Positions 14,009-27,953 of a stretch of 64,000 nt of DNA are shown piece after piece. The position numbers were made by a program, and so were the translations under genes. Positions within the stretch are counted from its first letter, which is position 1; every line of letters begins with the position of its first letter. The stretch lies in NCBI GenBank assembly GCA_905178155.1, contig CAJINV010000001.1, forward strand, positions 15,872,142 to 15,936,141. Direction: 5' to 3'. This stretch comes from Amoebophrya sp. A120. Lineage: Eukaryota; Protista; Dinoflagellata. The notes beneath the pieces are model-generated. The model was not told the origin of the DNA, did not search any database, and saw nothing but the letters and a program-made list of their open reading frames with translations.

Positions 14009-15364
14009 TTGTGAAAATTCACGTTCGTTGCGGAGTTGTAAAATGAAAATCAAATTGTAAGCAAGTCACATATCTTCAGGGGAAAAAACGTGACCTTGTA
14101 GGACGGTTCGAAATGCACGCGGGTCTGCGTCTGGTGCTGGTCTGTCTACAAAGTGCATGAAATAAACCAGTAAGTAAGTACAATCTGCTTGTTTGTCTGT
14201 TAAATTTTCGCTTTCGGAAATAAATGCACGGTGCAGGTGCACATGACCACGAAAACACGACAATAAACAAGTCAAGCCAGCCAAATGTGCGAGAAGATGT
14301 GAGAATACAACTACACGAATGAGGACGAGGACGACGGAAAGGACGAAATAAGATATGTGTTCTTCTATCTATCAGAGGGAAGAATCAGCGGTACTACGAC
14401 AGGGAACGAGGACCAGGAACGAAGACGATGAACGACAACGAAGAGGAAGACGAATCACATGCATATCAAAAATCAACTGCCAATCACATATATCAACAAT
14501 GACAGAAGCACGACGACCAACAGAGGAGTTTGAAAGTGCCGCGTCTGTGCACCCTTGAAAGCCGCATTGAATGTGGTTTGACTCGCAAAGCTCCACGGTT
14601 GTCCTGACCGTCAGCGAGCACGACCACAAGCATACGCGATTGCATTTACACTTTCCATTTGCGGAACGTGAGTCCTCGTCCGTTTGAAACTCGTCTACAT
14701 CTTTGTTTCGCAGCAAAAGTTGTCAATTTCCATAGTTTCAGTGCCGATCTGTAGGCACTCACACTCTTCTTGTTAATTAAGTAGAATTTGAATTACTGGA
14801 GGTAAAAGATTACTTCTTGTTCTGTCATCTGCATCGCCGGTCACGTTCTCCAAAAAGTATCAAATCGTGAAAATATTCATAGAATCTTTTATGGGATGTG
14901 CACACCATGCAACCAATGTTCAAAAAGTCCATGAATGCCCCGACAACATCCAAAGAGTCGTACAAAGTCAGTCTACTTTGATTTCCGCCCTCTGACCGCG
15001 CAGCCGCCCACTAGTTTGACAAGAGTAACGTCACCGTGGAACGCAAGCAAGGGCACAAGGGAAGGTCTTCCTTTCATCGAAGTTGAAGTGATGATCTCGA
15101 TGATCTTTAGTACATTACAAGATAGCAGGACGTCGATGAGAACTTGATTTGGCCCACACACATTCCTCGTAGGATTCCGTCGAAGAAGTTCCTTGGGAAT
15201 CGTTCGGCCGTCTCCTCTTGCCGAAAGAATTATCGTCAATAGCCGCACCGGATTGAGACTCCGAGCGCCGTTTCTACATGTCGATGTCGTCCGCATCGCA
15301 TTTCTGTTACATCGAGATATCTTCATGCTCCACGCTGGAGTCATGATAATCTTTCTCTCGCCGA

Positions 15365-18300
15365 TCACAGCAAGTCATTTTCGTTGAAATTACCGAGACT
15401 ATCCGAGGCCTTCTCGATCGGAACAAAACACAAGACGAGCTGGCGGCAGACGGGGCAGTTCGTGTTGTTGTTATCGACGAAGTAAGATTCGTAGCAGCTG
15501 CGGCAGATCTCGTGCCAACAGTCAAAAAACCGCATCTCGTTCTCATTATCGTAGCAAATTTGGCACGTGGTCTCCAGTGTTTCTTCCGTTATCGTTGACA
15601 CGCGCGGCTGTGGAACGATCTGCTGGTGGTGCTCGCAAAGCCTGTTGTTCGACGTAGAGGATATTATTTTGCTTTGGTTCTTTTCCTCGGCAAGCCTGTT
15701 CTTACTCTTATCGCTTCTACTATTTCCCGCGGCAGGGTTCATCATTTTTGCAACACTACTGCTCGACGCTGAGGATGTTGAAGGCGTCGACTTCTTTCCA
15801 TTTCCCTTATGAACAGCACTGGCCGCTGCTCCAGCGAGAGAGGACACGCTAGCCGTAGCCTGATATGCACTGTTCTTCTTCAACGAACTCGCATAGCTCA
15901 CCGCCGGGGGTGGACTCTTAATCGGCCTTGCTTTATTCACGTTATTTGCTTGTTGTTCGCTCACAGAAGAGGAAGCGTCGTTATGATCCATCGGTGGGGA
16001 AACGGTAGCGGAAACTACCTCTGAGGGACTTGCCGTGGTGCTCTTCGGCGGTGCGAGAGCCGGCGACTCCCGGAGCACGGCCGAATTTCCCTCACCGTCC
16101 TGCCTATCCTTGAAAAAGGGGAGAAAGTCGTCAGCGACATTGCCTCTAGTCGGAATCTTCGACTTGGCGCCTCTAAAATTCGCAGAAAAAGATGCTTCTG
16201 CTGCATTTGAGATTTTCGTCTTTGACGCCGCCCTTTCTGAGGGATGGAACGCACTCATCGGAGGGTTATTTGCAGAGGACGCTGTCTTTGATTTCACCGC
16301 TTGCTTGTTCAACATCTCCGCCGCTGAAGAAGCTGAAGACATCGCTCCAGATATTGTCCCTTTGGAAGATGATGCCGCTACGGCAGCGGCGTTAATATTC
16401 TGATTTCTGCTGTTATTGTGAACTACCGAAGAGGATGACGAGGACGAAGAAGCACTCTGCGGTCGGCTCGACATCGATGCAGCAGCTCCAGGCGGGGCGG
16501 TTTTCAGGGTGGCCGGAGCCGCTCGTACTTTTAAGCCCAAACTTTCCCCGCGCTTCACTTTCACGGGCTTTGGCTTCACGTCCGTGACCTCCACCGGGGT
16601 CTCTTCTTCCTCAGACGGTGACTCGTAGTCGGATTCCATCGGTGCGCGGCGATTTTTGTACTCCCGCGCGCGGTCGTTTGCACCGCGGGAGAGAACCTTC
16701 GGGATCATCATCGATCGCTGCTGCTGTCCGCCGGCGGCGGAGGTTGCTGCGGAGGCCGCGCCCCCTCCCTTGGCTACTCCAGCGCCCGCTGATGTCTTTT
16801 CACGTGCACTGCTGGCGGTTGACTTCGAGGAGCTGACCGCCACCTCGTATTGGTCCTGTTCTGGGGCCACCGAGGACGTGAAGGGGATGTGCTGTGGAGA
16901 GCCGGCACTGTCATTCTTGTTCAATTCTTGCTGGCTTTGGAAAAACCGCTCCGTGTGAGAGGTGGAGGTGGTTTGTTTCGAAGAGGACGTATTTGTATTC
17001 ACCTTGTTGTACGACGCGGTCGTTGTATTGGAGTTGTCGTTTGCGTGGTTGCTTCCAGAAGTTCGCGCAGCTTGCTGGTGGTACGACGAACTAGTTCCTG
17101 CCCCCCCGCCCTTGCTCTGGCTCCCACCCTTGGTGTTAATAGTGGTGTTTGAAGATGATCCGTAGGAGTTTGAGTTGTTGTTTTGGTAGTAATATCGAAA
17201 GGAAAAATCACCCCTCCCCATATCGAAAACGAAATTTGTGATGCTGTATTTGAGGTCACAAATCGACTTGTCATGCTAGAAGGCCAAGAGCCGCAGTCGT
17301 GGCCTCGTTTGCAGGCAATTTGTCATGCTATTTCCCGCGCTCAGCTGCCTCCTATCATGCTGAAGATGCAAGGCTTGACCACGGCACCCAGCACTACAGT
17401 CCGTATCTTTTCCCGTGTAGCATGACAAAGCTGATTTGTGACAACAAATCTGCATCACAGATTTCCGTTTTGATATGGGGAGGGGGGATTTTTCCTTTTG
17501 ATAAGTAACTGCCTCTAGCATGATTCGGCATCCAGTTGTTGCCAGTGTTGTTCATCCCGGATGTTGTGCTGGCCTTTCCGGTAGTATTATTTCCCTGTTG
17601 GTGGCGCCCGAAAGAGCCCAATTGATTGTTACTGTACGCCGCATAGGGATTCGAGAACGAGCCGTCTGCGGCCCAGTGGTGTCCTCCATGGTAATTCTGC
17701 CCGCCTTGGTGGTACGACCCCGAACGGTGGTGAAAATTGCTTCCGTAGTAGCCGGCAGCGCTGTTCGCGTTTGTTCCTGAGCTACCGTACGAACCGTACC
17801 ATGACTGCTGATTATGGGACCCCGCATTGTTCCCCGCCGATGCACCAGGGTTGTACGAGCTTGCCGACGCGCGCATCGAAGTATTATTCCCGCTAGAGGT
17901 GGAACCCTGCTGGTGTTGGCTGTACCGTCCAGTCGTGCTCCCCGCCCCGTTATTTCCAGCAGACGTAGTTGTACTCGCAGAACCTCCGTACTGCCCCGCT
18001 GCGCCATTCGTGGCCTGATCCGCCGCTGCCGCTCCATAGTACATCTCATACTCAGTTGCTCCTTGCGTCGTCGTTGTTCCACCCTGTGCGACCTGTTGCT
18101 GCTCCTGCATGGGGTCATAGGGGTCTAGCATCATCGGCTGGCTAAAGTCCAGCATCTCCGCCGAGTTGTCATACCCGCTCGGGTCCGTCGCGAACCCGAA
18201 CTGGTCCGTCTCAGCAGTAGTCTGTCCCCCGCCGTGGTGAAGTTGTTGCATTTGGTCCTGCTCTTGCTGTTGTGCAGCGACCGCGGCTGGTACGAACTCC

Positions 18301-21300
18301 TTGATGTCGTCAAAGGAAAGCGCTTTTTCGCGGGTGATTCCTTCGAGCGAAGTCGTCGTGGTGCTCTTCTTGCTGATGTTCTGCTGCGCCAGTTCGTCCA
18401 ACTTACTGTTGACCTGGTCTTTCTGGTCCGTGCCCCGGCCGTGCCCCGACCGCCAGTTGTCCTCCACGTCGCACTGGCGCGGCTTCTTGGACCACGGCGG
18501 AGCCACGTCCCGCGGCTTCTCGTTCACGAACTTGTCGTTCATTTGCTTGGTCCATTCCACCGCCTCTGTACTAAGAGACTTCCCGAGCATCGACGCGTCC
18601 GTCCCCGGACTCGCCGCGCATGAGTTGTAGTACGCGTTATTGTTCGACGTCGCACTATTTGCTCCGTCGATGTTGTTCATGATTTGCGCACTCGCGGCAG
18701 TGGCCGTGTTCACGTTGAAGTGTTGATACGTTGCGGTTGACAACTGTTCTTGTAGGCTAGACTCCCGACGGGACGAATTGATGCCAGCAGCAAGTTGCTG
18801 CTCCTGCTGCTGGTACTGGCTGTACATAATTTTCTGCTGGTTTTTCTCCATTTCCATTTCCAGTGCTTTCTTCAAGGACATCGCCCGCTCCAATTTTTCC
18901 GTTTTGTCTTTCTCCTCCTGCTCCTTGAGCAACCGGTCAGATTTGTTCTTCTCTTCTTCCTCCCGTTTGATTAATTCGAAGATGGAAAGCTGGTCTGGGA
19001 GATATTTGTCCGTTTCTATCCAGTACGGCTCGGGCAACAGCTCCGGATCCCGTTGCAGTGGTTTTTTTGCGGGCGTCGGTTGCTGCACTTTCTGCGGTTC
19101 TCCCGTCAGCAGGGAGTTCAACAGACTACCGGAGGTTTTGGCCTTCTCGTCCTCCTTTTGCTCCTTCTATCAAGTGTAAAAATGTCTGGGTCTGGAAGAA
19201 TGGAACTTGTCAAGCTAAATCTCAATGATGCAAAATTCTGTGTTGCGCAAGTGCCAAAAGCTGTCCGCTTTTGACCAAGTTGAGAGGGAGATTCTCATGC
19301 AGGAAAGGCATGATAGAGACCTCAAAGAATCTGTCATGCTGGGTCTCGCATTGCAGACCTCATGGGTCATGGAAAACCTGCATCACAAATCTTGCATTCT
19401 TCCAGACCCAGACATTTTTACATTTGATACCTTCGCGGGAGCGACAAAAGAAGAAAACCCGGTCGGGATAAATGGGTTGAAGTTGATCGTACTGGATAAT
19501 TTTTCTTTCTGCTGGTCTCTGCTCTCCTTGAGTTCCTTGTGTCTTTCCTGGACGGTCTTCATGTTTATCAAATGCAAAAATGTCTGGGTCTGGAAGAATG
19601 CAAGTTTGTCATGCTCGCCTGGCATGACTCTTAAATCTGTCACGCGCGTTACCCAAGAGCTCCGTTTTTCTGTGATGCAGAAGCGCAGTTTGTCATGCAG
19701 AACAGGCAACACCTAGGAGCTCAGAAACTTGTCATGCTGAGCCAGCATTTGTAGCCTCATCATGAGACGCCACCCAGCATCACAAGTTTCCAGACCCAGA
19801 CACTTTTACTTTTGATAATATTTTTGATTTTCTGATAGATGTCCCGCGACTTCTGCGCCATTTTCAAAACCCCAGTGTGGACCCCCCCGGCCGCGCTCTG
19901 GCTCGGCGGCTCTAGTTGGATCCTGGGCGGCCTAGAATTTTTTCCCATGGACCCCGAGTCCATCACCGGGGCCCGCATGGACGGTGGCTCGCCAACGGCG
20001 ATCTCCTCGCCATCGGAGTCAACCTCGATCTGAAATCCGCAGTCGAACAGTTCCTGCTTGGCCGTGGCGGAGTACTGCTTTTTCTCGACCGGCACGTCAA
20101 GAAACACGTTTGGCGCGCACAGCGGCGGGCTGGTGCCGGTACAGGGGGTGAACAGGAAGGGTACGGTTGGGGCGTGCGCGAGCACCGCTTCGTTCTGGCC
20201 CGTCTCCTTGGTGAGTGCCAGCGGGTGCGCCATCTGCTTGCTCAACCGCCGCCAGCTCTCGTCCTGCTTTTGGAGCGTCTGCTCCAATTCGTTGGCGTAG
20301 ACCGATTGCCGCGCTTTCAACTGCTGGATCTCGGTGAACAGCCGCAAGGCGGAATCGAGGACCGTGTCCTTTTGCTCTTCCTGCTCCACACCGCTGAGGA
20401 CGGTGGTGGCGCAAACATCCTCGGTCGGCAGCACCTCGGACAGCGCCACGGCCTCGATCACTTTCAGCTTCACGCCGTCTATGCTGTCGCAAACCTACAG
20501 GTTAGATTAATAGGGCGAAAGATGTACATCTATCATCAAAAGGAGAATCAGAATGACGTGTCAAACGACGAAAAATCATGACAAAAAAAGCTCTACTAGG
20601 CATCCTTGTGCACTAACTAAATTGTACCTGCTTGGTCCTCGCCCGCGCCTGGCACCACTTCGGCGCCGTGGACTGCATGCGGGCGATGACTCTCCCGTAG
20701 TGGCTGACTCCTTTCTGGTACTTTTCCTTCTTTTCCTTGCAGGTGGATTCCAGCACTTTCTCTTGTTTCTCCTTCAGTTTAAAGTGCGCCGTGTACTCCT
20801 GTTCGGTCTCTTCCCGCGACAAATTTTCCTCCTCGCCGCACTTCTGCTCCAGCTCTTTTGCCCGTCCGTACTGCTGCAGCAAACACCGCTCCCCCTCGAT
20901 GAGCCGCTGGAAGCACTCGCACAGCTTTTCCAGACACGTATCGGAAATGAACAACCGCGGATCGAAGTCGGGATGCTGGTAGAGCCGGGTCTTCCCAACG
21001 TTTGGATACTTCGCCGGACGGCGCGCCACGTCGCCCCGAATCAGCTCGAAGTAGCGGCTATCAAATGTAAAAGTGTCTGGGTCTGGAAGAATTCATGTTT
21101 GTCATGCTTGTCTGGCATGACCCTTAAATCTGTCATGCACGTTACCCAAGAGCTCCGCTTTTCTGTGATGCGGAAGCGCAGTTTGTCATGCAGAATAGGC
21201 AACACCTAGGAGCTCAGAAACTTGTCATGCTGAGCCAGCATCTTTAGCCTCATCATGAGACGCCACCCAGCATCACAAGTTTCCAGACCCAGACATTTTT

Positions 21301-24300
21301 ACATTTGGTAGCGGTCCAAGAAGCCGCGCAAAGTTCGCGCAACCTTCCCGGCCTTGTTGTCGTACGCTTCGAACGCGTAGGTCTTCCGCAGATGCTCATA
21401 TCAAATGTAAAAATGTCTGGGTCTGGAACTTGTCATGCTGTTTTTGGATTCGAAAAAAAATTAGTATTGCATGTCCAGCAAGGGGGGTCCAGTTTGTGCT
21501 GCGCAGACAGCGCATTTCTCATGCGGAAGGTGCATCAGGAAGCCCTGTAAAAGTCTCTGATGCTAGCTCATGTATTACAGGCACCATGGGCGATGAGAAA
21601 TATGCATGACAAACTTTGCAATCTTCCAGACCCAGACATATTTGCAATCCATAGCTCGAGGTCAATCACGATCCCGGCGTCCTTCAACACTTCCGGATCG
21701 CACAGACACAGCTTCGTGTACACGTCGCCACCGAAGAGTTCTGCGAAATCTTGTTGCGCGATTTTCGACTTCAGAATCCTTGCGCTCTTCGGTCTTGCAT
21801 TCTTGACGCTAGTACTAGTATCAGCAGCTACTGCACTAGATGAGTGGTCTTGATCGTCTTTAATATTTTTCCCCGCAGTACATATTTTTTCCTCCTCTTT
21901 CGCGAGTTTCAGAATCAAGGCGTCAATTTTTTCCGCGTTTCCCGTGTGCACGTGCCGGAACGCGTAGTATCCTGAGTAAAAACGTACCCACACCAGAGTC
22001 AGGATGGGGATTTTGCAACACAAACCTAGGAGTTTTGGGTGTCACGCATGACAAGTTTCAGTCCGAAAGGTAGTGCAAGTTAGCAAGGAAAGCCGCATCA
22101 CAAATCGACCTTCTGATCCTGTTTACAGCATTACAAGTTCCCAAACACGATTGAAAATGCCTGTCATGGGGTTGCGCATCACAAATGTTCCTGTCATGGC
22201 AAATCTGCATGACAACTCTGGGGTGGGGACGTTTTTACACCGGATACGTAGAGCTGCATCTTCATGTGCTGCACCTCGATTTTCAACAAATACTGGGCGA
22301 ACAGGTCAAACATGCGCCAGACAAACCCCATTTCCTGGAGCTCCTCGAACTTTTTCAGCTGCGCGAGCCGGTGGCTCCACGCGCGGTGGCTGCGTTCGGT
22401 CAGCAGAAGCTGTTGGCACTTGTTGTCGACGCTGTTGATGCGCATCAGCATCTCCTTGCTTTTGTCCTTTCGCAGCGACTGCAAGTGCAGGTCGTCGAAG
22501 TGCTGCGCGACGGCATTGAGTTTCTGCCCCGGCGCGATTTCCATCAAGTCGCCCTCGTGGCGAAGCAGCCACTTCAACAACTTCGGAATGTTCGGCACCT
22601 TCACCCACCGGCCCTGGTAGGCAGACGTGTACCCGCGGCTGGTCACAATCCAGTCCTGTTTGCTCGCCGCAGCGACGGCAATCATCGTGTCCCAATCGAT
22701 CCCCTCATTGTAAATCACCATCATACCTGTAATGACGACGGCAGGTAGGAAGGAACCCTTTTCAGCGCCCACGCATAGGTAGCACATCGACATCCAACAA
22801 AAGATCATCAAAAACAATAACAAAATGAAGAATACTGTACACTTGTATAAACTTCTATTTAGTCAACACTCGCCAGCACAATGGTCCTAGTTACCCATCC
22901 GCTCCGCCAGCTCCCACCCGAGCAGTTCCAGCGCCCTGAAGGGCGCAAACCCGCGCGCCCAGGCGGTGTTGTACCCGAAGGTTTCCGCGGAAATGTGCTG
23001 CAATCGCTGCCAAAACAGTTCGGTGCTGGTCTTCGCGATGGTCTTGAAATCTTCGTCCGACTGCATCACCGATAAAAGCTTGTCGGTCCACATCTTCATC
23101 AGCAGACCCTGGCACGTTTCCAGCTCGTCAGCCTTGTATTTTTTACCGTCCACCGTCGCCCGCGTGAAATCCTGGCGGAGGTTGAGAAAATTCTGTTTCT
23201 TTTCTCCGTCCAATCCGCGCTCGAATTCCCGGGCAAGCTGGTCCCGGGACTTGTATTCCGGCTCCTGCGGGTCGTCGCGATAGCAATCCCCGAACATGTT
23301 TTGGGGGTGCACGGTGGCCCGGAAGGCGAGTTTGGACTGTGCTTCTCTCGACTGCTTCTCGATCATTTTCCTGAGCACATCGGCCTTGCTTTTCGCTTTT
23401 GCTTGCTTCTTCGCGGCTGTGGCTTGTTCTGTGTTGGATGTACAACTCGAAGAACTCGGGCGACTGGCTGTAATCATGCTCTCCGACGCGTCCGACCGGC
23501 GTTCTTCCAGGGGCAGAGTTAAGTTATTCTCTAGCTTCTGGGGCTGCAAGGGCGTGCTGCTCTGGCTGCTCGCTTGCGGATGTTGGGTTGATGTTCCTTG
23601 CGGGGAGGCGAGACTCCCACTGCTAGCCGCGGCTACGCGGTTTTGTGCCGCTGTGTGCTTCGTGCTCGCACTCGCCGTGGAACTGCCCCACACGTTGGCG
23701 CTGGAGGTAGTAGTTGCACTGGTGGTGGCCCGACCGGTGGGCGCTTCGGGGGACATGTCTGGCCGCGATGCGGAGGTTTGCGGCGTGCCCTCTCGGGTCA
23801 GCTGCGGATACTTCTCGCGAACGGAGGCCGGGAACATGAAGCCACCATTCATCGGAGGTTTCAGCGGGAGGTTGTGCAGCTTGTACAAATCCTTCATGAA
23901 AAACTGGAACCCGAGCCGGTAACACTGCCCTTCGTAGCCGATCTGATAAGGAGCGGTGTTGCCGTTACTTCTAAGTACTTCTAATTTTCTTTGAACTACC
24001 GTAAAATGAAAGACGAAAAGCATTCGGTGGAAAAGCTGCTGCAAACATGCTTGCATCAGTAAGAAGCAGTACCTTGGCAACCGGTGGTGCTTTTCGTTTT
24101 CTGTCTTCCAGCTCGCGCTGATTCAGGTTCATGTAGCACAGATGTATTTTTGACTTTCGGTACCAGTTCATGTTGATTTTCCCCTCTCCGTTTCCGATGT
24201 CCAAAATCCTCTTCGGATTGTTTTCGTCGAACCACTCATTCGTGCAACAGCACCGCGGCGCACACCGGCTCTGCTTCTCCCGAATTTCGCACAACACGTC

Positions 24301-25864
24301 GTCGCCCGCCTGGCGCACCTCGCGGAGCGCAGTCAGAAATTTGGAGGACTGCCTCCCGCGCGGGTCCAATCGGTGCCCCATGCGCGCACAGCTGACAAAG
24401 GCGGTTTGCGCACTCTCCCCCCGCGTCTCTTGCCAGTGCTCAATGATGTTGCTCTCCAATCGCATCCAGCACGGCCGGGCTTGGGACCCGGTTTCTGTTC
24501 AGTTTTCTCGTGACTAATGATCGACAATTAGCGTCAGCAAAAATCAATCGATGTAAAAAGCACCTCTCTGCTGTCGAAACTCTTTCAAATTATGCGATGA
24601 ACTTCTGAAAGTTTTCAGTTATTACCCTGCAGCGTCTGATAGCCGTGATCCGTCAGTGGGTAGCGGTCCTTATCGCGGCTGTATTTCCATTTGTACCACT
24701 TCTGGAACTCGGGGAAGATCAGCGGAAAATGCGGATTACTGGAGGCCGCGACCACCAGCGCAACGGCTCCGAGTTTCGGAATGTAATTGTGCGAGGCGTG
24801 AAACTGGGAAACAAGATCAAGAGGTAGTTTAAATGAATAGTATCGGAGGCCAGCTTGGTCATCTTGTACCACTATGAACAATCAGAAACGGGAGCGCCCA
24901 GCGAAATGTTAGACACCAAAATGTGGTACTTAGTATTACCTCGTGTATCGGCGCCTTGAGCATGTACCCCGCCATCGCCAGCGCCCCGAGCTCCCCCACG
25001 TTGTTGCGAAAAAACCGGAGGTTCCGCACGAGCACATTAGCAGCGACGAAGAAGTCGGCCAGGTGGCACATGCCCACATCCCCGATATCGTTGTCGGCGA
25101 CAAGGAAATCCTCGAAGTAGATAAGCTTTGTGTAATCACCCGTGAAGAGCACATAGTCGTCCGGATTCCCCGCAATGTACTTCACTCGCTGCTCGGAAAC
25201 CAGCGTCTCAGGTGTGCGCGAGTCTGTTTGTGGTTTCACTTTCACTAGTACCCAGTCCTCGGTGCAAGGATAAAGGCAATGCTAGACAACTCGCACAGGC
25301 ACAGATGCACCCATTTACTAGCGATAGACGCCGGCACACCACCACGTGCTGAACATGAAACTGAGGAAAGTACTGGCACTGACTTATTCACGAAGGAAAA
25401 GAGCTATACTGATCACAGGTGTCGGATAGCAGCGTTCCGTCTTTGCGAAAAAGTAAGACTTCTTCCGCAGATCCTCGAATTCGGAGAAGGTCCGGGGATA
25501 CCGCTTCGCCACGCGGAGCTTGCGCACAAAAATGTACTTCAAAATGTATTCCAAGGAATCGTTGTTGATTCGAATTTTCTCCCGGTATTTCGGGTTTGCG
25601 TTGAAGTTCCACGCGCCAAATCTGTGATGGTGCAGGAATTCGTCTTGTAAGCTTTCTTTTTGTTTAAGGTCGACCTTCTTCTTCTCACTCCAAGTAGAAG
25701 ACACTAGTAAGTGAGTCTAAGTGTACATGATCGATAATATGGGTCTGGGTCGGTACCCAGCACTCACGATCCAAACCAACAGTGTTGAAATACTTACTTG
25801 TACCTATCTTGCCAACACCATTGCTCGATTTCTGAGTTGAGCTTCGTGTTCTCAAAGTCGTCAT
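15365..25864 (-). CDS. Very large protein with N-terminal LRR-like repeats, long low-complexity/coiled regions and C-terminal C3HC4 RING finger (putative E3 ligase); 6 introners plus several GT-AG introns; 5' end uncertain
   Basis: RING CQIC..CWHEICRSC..CPVC; LRR-like LVADNDIGDVGMCHLA and LRFFRNNVGELGALAMA. Frame continuity checked across all six elements (GSY|YQNN, PAK|EQKE, KN|MKTV, LDR|YFEL, DLE|HLRK, QLY|AFRH) and canonical introns 20495-20627, 22727-22894 and 24495-24625. Confidence 0.7.
17193..17503. mobile_element. Introner/MITE-like element, family C (311 bp)
   Basis: ~55-bp imperfect TIR TATCGAAAGGAAAAATCACCCCTCCCCATATC ... GATATGGGGAGGGGGGATTTTTCCTTTTGATA; perfect 5-bp direct repeat AGTAA. 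Confidence 0.95.
19168..19429. mobile_element. Introner/MITE-like element, family A (262 bp)
   Basis: TIR TATCAAGTGTAAAAATGTCTGGGTCTGGAAGAATG ... CATTCTTCCAGACCCAGACATTTTTACATTTGATA; perfect direct repeat CCTTC. Confidence 0.95.
19566..19817. mobile_element. Introner/MITE-like element, family A (252 bp)
   Basis: Family A TIR; direct repeats ATGTT/ATATT; near-identical to 21059-21310. Confidence 0.95.
21059..21310. mobile_element. Introner/MITE-like element, family A (252 bp)
   Basis: Family A TIR (right end TTTGGTA); direct repeats GCGGC/GCGGT. Confidence 0.95.
21399..21653. mobile_element. Introner/MITE-like element, family A with degenerate right TIR (255 bp)
   Basis: Left TIR intact; right end CCAGACCCAGACATATTTGCAATCCATA; direct repeats GCTCA/GCTCG; frame restored on removal. 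Confidence 0.9.
21968..22246. mobile_element. Introner/MITE-like element, family B (279 bp)
   Basis: TIR TATCCTGAGTAAAAACGTACCCACACCAGAGT ... ACTCTGGGGTGGGGACGTTTTTACACCGGATA; perfect direct repeat CGTAG. Confidence 0.95.
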
Positions 25865-27953
25865 CCGGAAGATCTTCCCAATTCGGGAAAGTGTGCGTAA
25901 ACGTTTTCACCATTGTCGCGTACTTTTCGTTTCCTTTCCCGTGCTGCTCTTTGCGTCGGTCTCCTTGCTTCAAAAAATCTTAGGCAAAAATCCGGGGAAG
26001 TAGGGTGTTTCTTCAACGGCCCATTCCCGATTTATGGAACGAAATGGCAACTGATGAGTATCAGGCAAAATTCCGCATGGTAAAGAATACTCGCAAAATT
26101 TCAAATTTAATTCAAGAAACCGAACCAGAGGCGAAAGCGAAAGGGGTGGCTCATGACAGTGAGCAAAACTGCAGGCTACTCTTTGAAAGAGGCGGGAAAA
26201 CACGTAGATATTTTTCGTAAATACCGAGAATTCTGCTGCTCCTGCAAACGTCACTGCATACTGCAGACACAACACGGTTTCTGCTACAGACGTAAGAAAT
26301 AAGAATAACCCGAGATTTTCCTCTTTCAGTTACTCCCTTGGATAATTCCATAGTTTTGAACCAAATCAGTAAATATTGAAACGCAAATGATGAAAATCAA
26401 AATTACAGTTTGATTCTAGTTGGAGATCTTCGCAGCGCATGCTTTCAAAATCAAACACATTCGAACCAATATTGACAGCGCGCTAGCGGGCAAAGGATCT
26501 ACTTAAATACGACGCAAGGCTGTAGTTCTACTGGCAACGTAATGAGTGCGAAGTAGCGCAAGCACAGTTGAACACTATGCTCGGCTTGCTGCTTCGCGAC
26601 GTTCATTTGCGACTAGAAGAATCCGGATTTTTCGAGAAAAACGAAAAGGCCAAAGCAAAATCTGAAGTTCCGTTAGCCGAGCCACTCAAACGGTCGTCTA
26701 TTCGCCGGGTTGCAATCACAAGCTGACAAAGGAATGCTGTTCTTTTTTCATTTTTCTCGAGCATCTTGATTTGCTTCTCGTCGTTCTTGAAAAATCGGCA
26801 AAATATATCCAGCGCAGCTTCAACCGCCGAGAGCGCTTCAGGCTCTTCGACCTGCGGACGAGAAATCTTCGAAGTTGTGGTCTACTTTTTTCCGAAAACG
26901 ATGGAAACAAATCAATAAAGAGCCCATAAACAACGTACTACAACACGCAAAGACGCTGATCTAAACAAACCGCTGGATGAAAAGCACACGACTACCTTCC
27001 ACACGCATCGGAGAGGATATTTACTTAGCACCACGAGAAAATCAAGGTCAGCAACAGCAACGTTGGCAGGGTATTACGCAGGCGTAACTCATAGCTAAAG
27101 CTAATCATAAGGCGCACGCTCAGAAAATAGTCATAAAACTTTCTGAACACGCACGCGTAAGATTCCTCTCGCAGATGAGCGACGAGATCAGGGAGTGAAG
27201 GAAGTGCACGAAAAAAAATGCAGGTTCGAAATAGAGTGGTTCAAACACGAAGCAACAGAAAATTACCTAAATGCAAGAAGCGCAAAATACGAACCTCAAA
27301 GGGTGAAACGGAAAATATTCGAAAAGATGAAATCTACAGTGCTATGATACACGACAAGAGAAATCCTTGTGAAATATTAAAATTTAGTTTGCATTTCGGC
27401 AAAAAATAACAGAGACATCGAAACCAAGCAGAAGCAATCAAAACCTCACGTCATTCTTGTCGAAATCTACGGTACTCATTCAGTCAAATAAGTAGCCGTC
27501 ACTGCCAGAAAAACATACCTCATCAAGTGGAGCATAGATATTTATCGACGACTATACAATTTTTCTACGAAAATATTTTCAGGCTGTTCGCAGACGGCAA
27601 CACTGGAAGAGTTGATTGATGTCATTGTCAAAAGCATAAATCATGGTACAGTAACGTAGAAAAAGCAGAAGAGAAAAATTTGAAAATCAATTGCAAGTCG
27701 CATTTACATACTTGATTCAAATGAGATGTGAAACTTCGCAGCTACCAATGGCCTCCTGTGCCATTTGCATTTGACGCGGTAGCAGCTCGATGTGTGAATT
27801 GAGTCCTAGTAACTTTTGAATTGAATTGCTGAAAAGCGGCACGCTTTGCCTTTTCATGCAGACGATTCAGGACAAGAAAGAGGGTGATACATACATCCAT
27901 GTGTTGAAATGAAACAAGCACTCAACAGCCCCACCAGCTGTACAGATATCCTA

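Noticed and set aside
14067-14359. 10-bp inverted repeat CACATATCTT/AAGATATGTG as another element
   Set aside because: Too short, no 5-bp direct repeat, and no internal GCAT(G/C)ACAA motif seen.
23943-24072. Additional non-canonical introns without TIRs (also near 24870-24940, 25700-25800 and 30480-30614)
   Set aside because: An in-frame GT-AG solution exists for each, so non-canonical ends cannot be claimed without cDNA.
26603-26881. Exon-like ~90-codon open frame on the minus strand
   Set aside because: No start, domain or linkage to neighbouring genes could be established.
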